Shown piece after piece: positions 46,925 to 56,473 of a DNA stretch of 64,000 nucleotides; the stretch's first letter is position 1; the number at the start of each line of letters is the position of its first letter. The DNA lies in contig CAVYSY010000026.1 of NCBI GenBank assembly GCA_963771175.1, positions 626,158 through 690,157 of the forward strand. Direction: 5' to 3'. The notes under the pieces were generated by a model that was not told the origin of the DNA, searched no databases, and saw only the letters and a program-made list of their open reading frames with translations. The stretch is from an uncultured delta proteobacterium (GTDB taxonomy: Bacteria; Myxococcota; Myxococcia; Myxococcales; Myxococcaceae). Position numbers and translations under genes: made by a program.

Positions 46925-47493
46925 CCGTGAGCCATCAGAGACTTCCCGCGCTGCTGGCGTTGGTGTGCACGATGACCGGAGGCACGGCCCTGGCCGTGAA
47001 GGCCGGGGGCACGCTGTACGTCAAGGCGAAGCACACCCACCTGAAGGCCTCGAGCAGCCCCACCGCGGAAACGCTCGTGGTGCTGGAGCCGGGCAAGGAG
47101 GTCACCTACGACGGCCGCGTCGCCGGCTCGCCCTGGTGCAAGGTGAAGGTGACGGTGGACAAGAAGGGCCCCCTCCAGGGTGTCATCTACCAGGCCAACC
47201 TCGGCGTCTCGCCGCCCGCCATGGAGGCGACGAGCAAGAGTCCGGGCAAGCCACTGTCCCCGGAGGCCTTCGCCTCCTCGGGCGCGGCCGTCAAGGCGCT
47301 GGGGCCCGGGGCCATCGAGTACGGCAAGTCACTGGCCAGACCCGAGAGCGTCGACCAGCTCATCGGCCTCGAGAAGCTCGCCGCCTCCATCACGGACACG
47401 CAGGTGACCGAGTACGCCCGGGCGGGCGGGCTGCCCGAGGTGGTGGGCCTTGAAAAGGTGGCGAGCCGTCCCGCGAAGAAGGGAGGCAAGTGA
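46921..47493 (+). CDS. Exported SH3b-like domain protein
   Basis: Signal peptide; YVK...LKASSSPTAETLVVLEPG...WCKV; overlaps both neighbours. Confidence 0.65.
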   Translation: MTVSHQRLPALLALVCTMTGGTALAVKAGGTLYVKAKHTHLKASSSPTAETLVVLEPGKEVTYDGRVAGSPWCKVKVTVDKKGPLQGVIYQANLGVSPPAMEATSKSPGKPLSPEAFASSGAAVKALGPGAIEYGKSLARPESVDQLIGLEKLAASITDTQVTEYARAGGLPEVVGLEKVASRPAKKGGK

Positions 47494-48553
47494 TGGACTG
47501 GCGCCGAGGAGTCCTCTTCGGGGCGTGCCTGCTCCTGTGCGGTTACACCTCCTGCGGCCGGTTCCTCACGGCCCAGAAGGAGGCGGATCGCCGCGCCGAC
47601 GAGATGGAGCAGCAGTGCAAGGCGATGGAGAACCGCGACATCTCCTTCGAGGAGGAGCAGTCCTTCGGGGGCGCGGTGAGCGTCAACTGGGTGAGCCAGG
47701 GTGGAGGGCTCACCGCCCGGTCGGACGCCAAGGCCCTGCACGTCCAGCTCAACAAGATTGGGAAGAACCTCGCGGCGCAGTCCAGCCGGCCCACCCTGCC
47801 CTGGACGTTCGGGGTGCTCCAGTCCCCGGGCGTCAACGCGGTGAGCGGGCCGGGCGGCTATGTCTTCGTGACCGAGGGGCTGCTCGCGCGATTGGACAAC
47901 GAGGCCCAGCTCGCGGGCGTGCTGGCCCATGAGATTGCCCACATCACCGGCAAGCACGCCCTGAACGAGTACCAGAAGTACCTCGTGAGCGAGTGCAAGG
48001 AGGCGGCGCGCGCCGAGCGGAACAGCCCCCTGAAGGAGGCGGCGGCGGAAGAGGCATCCCAGATCGCGCGGAATGCGCAGAACTCGGTCGGACAGGCGGC
48101 CCGAGGGCTCTCGCAAGCGCTCCCCTTCCCCGCGCTGCGAGCCGGGTTCGCGCAGATGGGCGACCGGGTGAAGAGCGTCAACTTCAACGACCTCGGCAAG
48201 GAGTTCATCCGGGCCATCACCGACGGCGTCATCGCGCGCCTGGCCGACAAGGGCTACCCCGAGAAGGACGAGTTCACCGCCGATCAAGAGGCGGTCGAGT
48301 TGATGGCGGCGGCGGGCTACGCGCCCGAGGAGTACGTGACCTTCCTGTCCAGGCTGCCCGAGAGCGGGCTTTCCACCGCCCACCCGAGCAAGAAGGAGCG
48401 GCAGAGCCAACTGAACGCGCTCCTGAAGAAGCTGCGCGAGCCCGCGAAGGACGACGCGTTCATCACGTCGGTGGACCTCTCCCAGACGAAGGTCGTGCCC
48501 CTGCGCGACACGCTCCAGGCCCACCGCACGGCACCGCCGCTCGCACGGACTGA
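47490..48553 (+). CDS. M48-family zinc metallopeptidase, probable lipoprotein (true stop probably near 48553)
   Basis: VNAVSGPGG, EAQLAGVLAHEIAH, EFTAD, AHPS..ER; the computed ORF runs on antisense into the cls gene, suggesting an indel. Confidence 0.85.
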
Positions 48554-48571
48554 GCCGCGGGGAGACCCCGC

Positions 48572-49837
48572 TCAGAGCACCTTGCGGAAGGCGTACAGCA
48601 CCCGCTCGAACAGCTTCTGCCACAAGGGCCGGCGGCGGAACCGCTCCAGGTCCACCTCCTGGCAGCCCTGGCAGTCGCCGCGGAAGGACTCCTCCAGCAG
48701 CCGGCCCAGCCGAGGGTCCATGAAGACGGCGTTCACCTCGTGGTTGAAGAGCAGTGAGCGCCGCTCGAGGTTGAACGAGCCGATGGTGCCCCACACCCCG
48801 TCCACCACCGCCGTCTTCGCATGCAGCACGCAGCGCTGCCACTCGAAGATGCGGACCCCCGCGGTGAGCAGCTTCTCGTAGAAGGCGCGCGTGGCGTGGA
48901 CCAGCCAGGGGTGGTCGCTCTTCGCGTTGAGCAGCAGACTCACCTCCACCCCGCGCTGGGCGGCCTCGCGCAGTGCCGCCACCATCCTCCGGTCCGGGAT
49001 GAAGTAGGCGGCCGCCACCAGCACGCTGCGGCGCGCCCGCGAGATGGCATGCAGGTACGCGCGGTGGATGCTCCGGCGGCTGGAGAGCACCACCAGCCCC
49101 ACCTCTCCCCTGTCCCGCGGCGAGGCCCGGCGACGCCGGCGGCGCGCCTCGCGCCAGGTGCGGAAGTAGTCCTGGAACGCCATGCGCCAGGTGGCCACGA
49201 AGCGGCGCTCCAGCTCGTACACCGCCGGCCCCTCCACCCGCAGCACGTCATCCCGCCAGCACGCGCCGCCCTCGCCCTCGGGCGCCCAGTGGGCGGAGAT
49301 GTTCACCCCTCCGATGAAGGCCACCTCTCCGTCCACCGCGAGAATCTTCCGGTGGTCTCTCCGCAACAGGTGCCGCAGACCCCGACCCAGGCTGTTGAAG
49401 GGCTTGAAGGGGCGGATGTCCACCCCGCGCCCACGCAGGGCCTCGAAGAAGCTGCTCCGGCTCATCCACGAGCCCAGCGCGTCGTAGAGCACCTTCACGT
49501 GGACGCCGCGCTCGGCCGCCTCCGCCAGCGCCTCGCCGAACAGCTCCCCCACCGCGTCGGTGATGAACATGTACGTCTCGAGGTGGACGTAGCGGTGGGC
49601 CCCGCGAATGGCCGCCAGCATGGCCGGGTAGGCCTCCACCCCATCGCGCAGCAATTGGCAGCGATTGCCCAGGAGCAGCGAGTGCTCGCGCGGCAGGTAG
49701 AAGCGGGCCAGCAGCGAGGAGGAGACGTGAGGGCTCCAGACCGGCTCGTGGGCAGGCGGGCATCCAGCCCCCCGCTCCGGCTGCTCTCCGGTATGCTCCC
49801 TCGCCTCCGTGCCGCTCCCCACCTCCAGCTCACGCAT
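48572..49837 (-). CDS. Cardiolipin synthase-like phospholipase D (ClsB-type)
   Basis: Two HKD motifs: HRKILAVD..GGVN and HAKTAVVD..GSFN. Confidence 0.9.
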   Translation of the reverse strand: MRELEVGSGTEAREHTGEQPERGAGCPPAHEPVWSPHVSSSLLARFYLPREHSLLLGNRCQLLRDGVEAYPAMLAAIRGAHRYVHLETYMFITDAVGELFGEALAEAAERGVHVKVLYDALGSWMSRSSFFEALRGRGVDIRPFKPFNSLGRGLRHLLRRDHRKILAVDGEVAFIGGVNISAHWAPEGEGGACWRDDVLRVEGPAVYELERRFVATWRMAFQDYFRTWREARRRRRRASPRDRGEVGLVVLSSRRSIHRAYLHAISRARRSVLVAAAYFIPDRRMVAALREAAQRGVEVSLLLNAKSDHPWLVHATRAFYEKLLTAGVRIFEWQRCVLHAKTAVVDGVWGTIGSFNLERRSLLFNHEVNAVFMDPRLGRLLEESFRGDCQGCQEVDLERFRRRPLWQKLFERVLYAFRKVL

Positions 49838-49898
49838 GGTAGGCCAAGGGTGGGAACGGCCGGGCGATCCGGCAACCGTCGGGGGCCGGACGGAAGCG

Positions 49899-51491
49899 CT
49901 ACAACCCGAGGTTGGCGCGCTTCACCTCGGCCATGTGGGCACAGGACTGGTCGTAGTCATCCGGGAAGTACTCGCGGATGTGGTCCAGCGTGGACGAGGC
50001 CGCCTGCCAGTTCTCCTTGTTGGAGTAGCTCTCCACCTCGAGCATCAGCTTGGCGCAGACGCGGTCCAGCTCCTTCTGCGTCTCCTTCACGCGCTCGCGC
50101 GACTCGAAGTAGAGGTCCGGCTTGGGCTCGGGGTGGGCCTCCAGCAGCAGCCACGCCTCGCGGAAGGACTTCCACGCCTCATAGCGGTTGCGCGCGCCCA
50201 CCTCCGCCGTCTCCATGTTCTTGCGGCCGCGGGAGTACGCCTTGCGCGCCTCCTCCACGAGCTGCTCGGGCGGAATCTCCGGCAGCAGCACCTTCTCCAG
50301 CGAGAGGTTCCAGATGCGCCACGTGTCATCGCCGGGCGGGTTCTTCGTGTTGTCGAACACGATGCGGTTCGTCTCGCCCTTCTTGAGGAGCTGCGCGGGA
50401 ATCATGATGTCCAGGAAGCGATCCCCGCTGGCCAGCGTGTCCGCGGCCACCTTGCCCACGTCCACGCCGTTGACCGTCACCAGCACCTCGCCCTCGGAGA
50501 TGCCCTGCGACTGGAAGCGCAGGAGGCCCAGGGCGCGCGTGGCGGCGGTGTACTCCCACTCGAACACCTTCTGGTCCGCGTGCTCCCACGTCACGTCATC
50601 TCCCAGACCGAAGGAGTCCGCGATGGGCTTGCGGTTGAGGGTGACCGGCTCGGGGCCGCGCGCCACCTTCTGATCCCCGCTGAGCACCAGCCAGAACACC
50701 GTGCCCATGACGCCCAGCGCCATCACCAGGGCCGCGCCGATGAGGCCACGGCGCATGTTGGGGCTCGCATCCAGCCAGAAGAGCTTGAACTGGGCCGCCA
50801 CACCCGAGGACTCGCGCTTGATGCGGGCGCGCTCCGCGGCGGACAGGCCACTGCCCGGGGCCTCCGACACGGGACGCGCCACCGCGCTGGGAGCGGGGCG
50901 CCGGGACGCGGGAGCCGAGGCCGGAGCGCGCTCGATGGCGGCGGAGCCCCCCGCCCGGGAGGGACGCGGAGGCGCACCCGAGGCCGGCGGACCGGGGCGG
51001 GCGGCCGTGCCACGGGGCTTGAGGGCCTGGTGGGGGCGGGTGGCGTTGAGCCGCGCCTCCGCGAGCTCCTCCGGGGCGGCGCCCGCGGGCACCAGGACCT
51101 CGCTCTTGGTGCGACCCCTCGGGCGCGACATCGCCTCCAGGGACACGATGCGCGTGCTGTCGGCGCTCGGCGGCGGCTCCTCCTCGGCGGCCCCGCCCTC
51201 CATCGGCCTGAACACGAACACCACGCCCCCGAGGGAGATCTGGTCGCCGTCCCCCAGCACCTGCTTGCCCGAGATGATCTCGCCGTTGAGCCGGGTGCCG
51301 TTGGAGCTGCCGAGGTCCTCGACGGAGTACTGGCCTCCCTCGGAGAAGATGCGGCAGTGGCGGCGGGAGATGCCCGCGTCGTACAGGACGACGTCACACT
51401 CGGTGACGCGCCCGATGAGGACGGAGTCCTGCTCGAAGGACAGCTCCTTCCCGGCCTCCTTGCCCTCGGCGATCGTCAGCTGGAAGCTCAT
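49899..51491 (-). CDS. FHA-domain bitopic membrane protein with large periplasmic domain
   Basis: IGR..CDVVL..ISRRHC..DLGSSNGT; Pro/Ala linker; one TM helix; beta-rich then TPR-like C-terminus. Confidence 0.88.
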   Translation of the reverse strand: MSFQLTIAEGKEAGKELSFEQDSVLIGRVTECDVVLYDAGISRRHCRIFSEGGQYSVEDLGSSNGTRLNGEIISGKQVLGDGDQISLGGVVFVFRPMEGGAAEEEPPPSADSTRIVSLEAMSRPRGRTKSEVLVPAGAAPEELAEARLNATRPHQALKPRGTAARPGPPASGAPPRPSRAGGSAAIERAPASAPASRRPAPSAVARPVSEAPGSGLSAAERARIKRESSGVAAQFKLFWLDASPNMRRGLIGAALVMALGVMGTVFWLVLSGDQKVARGPEPVTLNRKPIADSFGLGDDVTWEHADQKVFEWEYTAATRALGLLRFQSQGISEGEVLVTVNGVDVGKVAADTLASGDRFLDIMIPAQLLKKGETNRIVFDNTKNPPGDDTWRIWNLSLEKVLLPEIPPEQLVEEARKAYSRGRKNMETAEVGARNRYEAWKSFREAWLLLEAHPEPKPDLYFESRERVKETQKELDRVCAKLMLEVESYSNKENWQAASSTLDHIREYFPDDYDQSCAHMAEVKRANLGL

Positions 51492-51498
51492 GAAAACC

Positions 51499-52423
51499 TC
51501 AGACTCCTAGCGCGGCCTTCGCCGCACGGGCCACGGCCGCACGGGCCGAGGCGGGCTCGAGCACCTCGGCCTCGCCGCCGAACGATAGCACCCACTGCGT
51601 CAACCAGCGCTCATTGTCGCCGGCGACCCGCACCTCGACGCCCCCATCCGCGAGCAGGCGGGCGTCCTCGCCGAAGCGCTCCCGGACGTAGGGGGCCACC
51701 AGCCGGGTGAAGCGCACCCGGACGGCGGCATCGGTCCGGGCCGGATTGGGCACCTCGGCGCGGGCGCCCTCCCGGGGCTGGAAGGGGGTGTCGGTGACGG
51801 ACAGGCCCTCCATCCGGTCCACCCGGAAGAGCCGATCGTCCTGACGGTTGAGGTCCCAAGCTTGGAGGTACCACTGGCCCCGGTGGCTGAGCAGCTCGTG
51901 GGGCCGGACGTGGCGCGACTCGGCAGCACCCCGTCCGGGGGTGGCGTAGTCGAACGTCACCTCGCGCCGCTCGTGGATGGCCCGGGTGAGCGGTCCCAGC
52001 GCCTGGGGCGCCTCCACCGCGGCGTCGATCTTCCGGTACATTCTCGCGGAAGCGCTCGTGCATGCCCGGCGGCAGCACGCGCTCCAGCTTCTCCACCGCG
52101 CTGCGCAGGGCATCCCCGGCGGCCGGGCGCAGCAGCTCCGCCGAGGCGGCCAGGGCCGAGGCCTCGCCTACCGTCAGCCGGGGCGGCGCGGACAGGCGCT
52201 GGTCGAGGTCCACGTAGACGCGGTCCTTCTCCACGTAGATGTCGATGTAGTCGTCCGGGTTGAAGGGGGGCCGGCCCACACAGGCGAGCAGGTCCAGGTC
52301 CTCCAGCAGGTGCTCCCGGCTGACGTTGAGGGCGCGCGCCAGCTCCTCCACGGAGATACCGGGGCGCGAGGACACGAAGGGCACGAGGAACAGCAGGCGG
52401 CGCAGACGCTCGTGGACACTCAT
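51499..52423 (-). CDS. HTH-WYL transcriptional regulator, PafC-like (one apparent frameshift near 52045)
   Basis: RLRRLLFLVPF..PGISVEELA..DLDLL..G.PP..PDDYIDI; WYLQAW..DRLFRVDRM. Confidence 0.88.
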
Positions 52424-53439
52424 GCCGCCACCTCCTCACGCACGGCGTGCTTCTCGAGGATGCACGCGGCCATCTCCTTCACCCGCGTCCGGGCCTCCTC
52501 GGGGGACTCCACGCGGCAGGCCGGCCCGAGCTGCAGGCAGAAGCGCAGCAGGCCATCCAGGGACGTCGCCGGCAGGTCCACGAGAACCCCCTCCCCATCC
52601 TCGGCCGGGGCCACGCTGGCACCCGGGAAGAGGGCGGCCGCGCGCGAGATGAGCTCGCCGGTGAGGCGCAGGCGCACGTCCAGGCGCGCGTGGAAGCGGT
52701 GCTGCCAGGGGTAGCTGGCGACGTGGTCGTCGAAGGCGAAGCCCTCGGGCACCTCGAAGTCCGGGGTGCGCGGCCGGGAGGTGTTCGCCTTGAGCGAGCG
52801 GATGCGATGCACCAGGAAGGTACGCGTCCCCTGTCGCAGGTGGCAGTAGCCCACCAGCGTCCAGATGCCCCGGCGAAGCACGAGCCCGTACGGGTCCACC
52901 TTGCGCTCGGTGGGCTCCGGGTGCTTGGGCGAGGCATAGGACATCTGCACCCACTTGTGCCCGGCGCACGCCTCCCAGAGCTGCTCCAGGTGCGCGGCGA
53001 GCTGCGGACTGCCCTGCTCCGAGCCCAGCTCCATGCGCACGCGCGGCGTGGGCAGCGCGTGGCCGGCGAAGAAGCCGATCTTCCGCAGCGCGTGCGACAG
53101 GTCGTCCCGGCCGGGGAAGGCCCCCGAGGTGAGCGCGGCACTGCCCGCGGCGTAGAGGACGGCCAGCTCCTCCTTGGAGAGGTCCACCTCGGGCAGGTAG
53201 TAGGCGTCGCGGTCGACGACGTAGCCGTCCCTCCGCTCGTCATCGCCCTGGATGTAGGTGAGGGGGAAACCCAGTTCGAGCAGCTCCGCCTTGTCGCGCT
53301 CGAACTTGCGCTCGGCGGCGTCATCGGAAATGCCCATGTAGTCGTGGGGGAAGTGCTCGCGCAGTTCCGCCCACGAGATGGGTTCCCGAGCGTCCAGGAA
53401 GAGGGCTACGAGGTCGAGGAGGCGTTCGGTCCGGTCCAT
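52420..53439 (-). CDS. HTH-WYL transcriptional regulator, PafB-like
   Basis: ERLLDLV...RKFERDKAELLELGFPL; VDPYGL..WTLVG..RTFLVHRI; 4 nt overlap with the PafC-like gene. Confidence 0.88.
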   Translation of the reverse strand: MDRTERLLDLVALFLDAREPISWAELREHFPHDYMGISDDAAERKFERDKAELLELGFPLTYIQGDDERRDGYVVDRDAYYLPEVDLSKEELAVLYAAGSAALTSGAFPGRDDLSHALRKIGFFAGHALPTPRVRMELGSEQGSPQLAAHLEQLWEACAGHKWVQMSYASPKHPEPTERKVDPYGLVLRRGIWTLVGYCHLRQGTRTFLVHRIRSLKANTSRPRTPDFEVPEGFAFDDHVASYPWQHRFHARLDVRLRLTGELISRAAALFPGASVAPAEDGEGVLVDLPATSLDGLLRFCLQLGPACRVESPEEARTRVKEMAACILEKHAVREEVAA

Positions 53440-53769
53440 CGGAAGGTTTCGACAATGCGCAAAAGCGTCAGGTCGGGTCAAGGCAGGGAGCCAAGACGGG
53501 TGCGCATGCCCGCTCACGCTCCGTGGGGCCGTGGATCTACCCGGCGAGCAGGCGCCTGAACAGCTTTTTGCTGAACATTCGAGCAGGTGCGCCCATGAGT
53601 GAGTGGAACCGACCTGGGGAGACGAGAGGCCGAGCGAGGCAAGCGCCTCGCGCGCGGAGCGTAACTGGGATATTCCTGGGAATCGACGCCGTGCGCGCCT
53701 GGCCGGGGCGTGCTCGTCCGACGGTATGCCCCACGGCGAGGCACGATGCCTCGTTAGAGAGGACCCACC

Positions 53770-54240
53770 ATGACGCGCTCCACCCTCATCAAGAAGGCCT
53801 GGCTCGGGCTGGCGCTGGTGGGACTGGCCTGCATCGGGGCGGTACCCCGAGAGGCGCAGTCCGAGCCGCTGTACTTCGCGCTGGAGGTGCGGCGCGAGGG
53901 ACGGCTGGTGGCCCAGCCGAAGCTGCTGGGTGAGACGGGCCGCACCGTGCGCGCCGAGCGCCGCAAGCCGGGCGCCCGCGAGCCGGACTACCAGCTGGTG
54001 CTGACGCCCACCGCCGAGGGCGAGACGTTCCACCTGGAGCTGGATCTGATGCTGCCCGAGGTGAAGGGGCGCTCGGAGCTGGCGCTGCTGCACGGCCAGG
54101 AGCGCAAGGTGCAGCTTGGGCGCTATCCGGGCGACCTGGAGGTCTCCCTGCTGCTCATGAAGGTGGACTCGCCGGAGTTCCGCGCGCTGATGGACCTGGC
54201 CGCGGATGCCGACGAGCGCGGCTCCGGCCGCCCCATCTGA
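53770..54240 (+). CDS. Exported hypothetical protein
   Basis: GAGAGG RBS; signal peptide; host-like codon bias. Confidence 0.75.
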   Translation: MTRSTLIKKAWLGLALVGLACIGAVPREAQSEPLYFALEVRREGRLVAQPKLLGETGRTVRAERRKPGAREPDYQLVLTPTAEGETFHLELDLMLPEVKGRSELALLHGQERKVQLGRYPGDLEVSLLLMKVDSPEFRALMDLAADADERGSGRPI

Positions 54241-54255
54241 CGGCTCGTTGGGACC

Positions 54256-54319
54256 TCACTTCTGGACGTCCAGAAGCATACCACATTGACGCACATCACT
54301 TCTGGACATCCAGAAGTGA
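54256..54319. repeat. Two tandem palindromes (putative operator or recombination sites)
   Basis: CTTCTGGACGTCCAGAAG (perfect, 54259-54276) and TCACTTCTGGA-CA-TCCAGAAGTGA (54296-54319); 40 bp period. Confidence 0.8.
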
Positions 54320-54553
54320 GCCACGCGCCGTAGCTCGACCCCGAACCGCTCGCCGTGGCGCGCGTCTGTCCTTGTCCGCGCCAGGGGACGAAGTTCATCG
54401 CCGTCGTCGCGGACCCGACGGCGGCGAGCGGGATGGCTCGCGGAACCTCACCGGGGCGGACATGGTCATGCCACGTCCTCCGGGTTCTACTGCTCCCTGC
54501 TCCGCGTGGTGGAGCGGGAGATGCCCGTGAATGCGACTGTCTGGTGTCTGGCC

Positions 54554-55615
54554 ATGTCCCGGTCCACGCGGTACGGGGCGGTCCTGGTGTTCGTCTCGCT
54601 GCTGGCCGGCTGCGCCACCACCCCCGGCGGGCGGTCGCCTCCGTGGAACCCGGAGGCGTCACGCTTCAGCGCGTCGCTGATTCCCGCTTCGCCACCGCGA
54701 ACCCTCGCGGCGATGAGCAGTGGGCCGACGGTGGTTGGGGAGCCCACCGGCCCGGCTACGGGTGGGGAATCCTCCGGGCCGGCGGTTCAGGGCTACAACG
54801 TCCCCGGCCGGAATCCGGACTCGCGGATGCCCTGGGAATTCTTCCTCGGCGGCGCCTCGCACCGGCTGATTGCCTATATGTACGAAGTGAGGACACCCGG
54901 AAAGCCAAGCCTACTACAACATCAAGTCCATCACAGCCATCATCGACGAGACAGGGATTGGAGAGGCGTCCCTCCTGCTCCCGGATGAGCACAAGATATG
55001 CCCGGACATCACCGATGTCACACGCCGGTGCTCTTCGAGATCAAACCCTGGCACGAGCAGGGCCTTCTGGAGGGACGTGAGAAGGCACGGACCTATCTGA
55101 CCGCACTGAACCGGACCATCCTGGCCGGCAAACGCTTCACAGGTGGCACGGACTTCCACGGCGAAATCCTGATTCGCTTCGCGCGGGGGCAATACATCTG
55201 GCGGCTGGAGTGGCAAACCCAAGAGCCAGGAGTGGTCCTCTACCGGTGGACGCGCAGTCAGCAACGCTTCGAGTCCGAGGCGGCGGCGTACACGGCCGGG
55301 CAGTGGGAGGACATCAAGGAGGAGGACTTACGGCAGTACGGCGGGTGGGTGGAAAAAGCAGTGGAAGACATGGTCAGCCGGCGCGAGAAACTCGCCACCT
55401 TCAGTGGGGCCGTGGGCCTCGTCATCGACCTCGTCGGCGAAGCCGCGAGGGTGGTGCTCTGGGGGACGCTCCTGGGGCAGATGGGCTCGGACACGAGGGC
55501 GCAGCAGCCTCCCGCGCAGGGAGGTGGACAGGTCATCCCCTTTCCGGCGCGGCCGCCACCCGCCGCGCCGCCGGCGCAGGTGCCCGCGGCCGCGAGCATG
55601 CCTCTTCCTCACTGA
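54554..55615 (+). CDS. Lipoprotein with PD-(D/E)XK-like motif, putative polymorphic toxin (apparent frameshifts)
   Basis: Lipobox LLAGC; G..SHRLI, PDITDV..LFEIKP pieced across frames. Confidence 0.6.
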
Positions 55616-55640
55616 AAACTCGGTTTGCTAGGACAACCCC

Positions 55641-56449
55641 ATGCCACCACCCGGACAGACTGCGTCACTGCAACTGCCGTCCTTCCTGCATGGCACCTTC
55701 CGCTCGGTCCAGCAGAAGGTGAGGCGGGAGGGGCTGCGGTGCGGCGAGCAGTACCGGAAGGACGGCTACCTTCCCCGCGCCCCGGCAGATGCTGGAGGTG
55801 CCCCCGGGCGAGGTGGTGGTGGCGCACGAGGTGGTGGACTTCCAGCGAGAGCGCCCGGCCTGGCGACTGTACATGGTGTCCCATCTCATGGTCGCTTTGA
55901 CCGACACTCCGGAACGGCAGCACCCGTTCCCCGTGAGGAATGACTACGAGGCAATCTTCCGCGAGACGGCCTGGGGCGCGCTGTTCTTCGCGACTGCGCA
56001 CATGGACCCAGTGAGCGCGGAGCGTACGGCGCAGCGCCTGGAGGCGGTGCTGCGCTTCTGGGAGCCGCTCGAGTCACTCGCGCTATCTCTTCAAGGAACT
56101 GGGGGCGACACACACCCTGGAAGAACTGATGGTAGCCGCTTGTGGTTGGGCCATGGAGGCGTGGTGTCCGGAGGGAGAAAGCTCGGTGCGTGCGCGCCTG
56201 GAGAGAGCGGCGGAGCGCATGGCGCGGGCGACGCGGGAAGACTGCCTCGAGGCCATCCTCCGGCAGATGCCCAGGGCCCTTGCCGCCGAGCGTGACCTGA
56301 AGCATCGGGAGGTGTTGGCCGACCCTTCCTTCCAGCGCGAGCATCTCGCCACCCTCGACTCGCGCTCTTTCGAGCGGGTGTCCGGTGCGTGTACGTCTGA
56401 TCTGCTCGCGCTGTTGTTCGAATGGGACGATGAACTCGGTTTGCAGTAG
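55641..56449 (+). CDS. Hypothetical cytoplasmic protein, putative immunity partner (apparent frameshifts)
   Basis: Three consecutive ORF pieces (55641, 55789, 56129) starting 25 nt after the lipoprotein stop. Confidence 0.55.
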
Positions 56450-56473
56450 AGCGGACGCAAGCCTCCCGTCCCG

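Noticed and set aside
48554..48881. C-terminal extension of the M48 peptidase
   Set aside because: Antisense read-through into the cls gene; a stop at 48553 in a neighbouring frame suggests an indel
48572..53439. WYL plus PLD as an anti-phage defence island
   Set aside because: The PLD is a two-HKD cardiolipin-synthase type, codon usage is host-like, and no defence genes are adjacent
53516..53740. 6S RNA call
   Set aside because: Size and closing stem are compatible, but there is no clear central bubble or typical gene context; kept only as an unassigned candidate
54256..54319. Mini CRISPR array
   Set aside because: Only two units, a spacer under 20 bp, and no leader or cas genes
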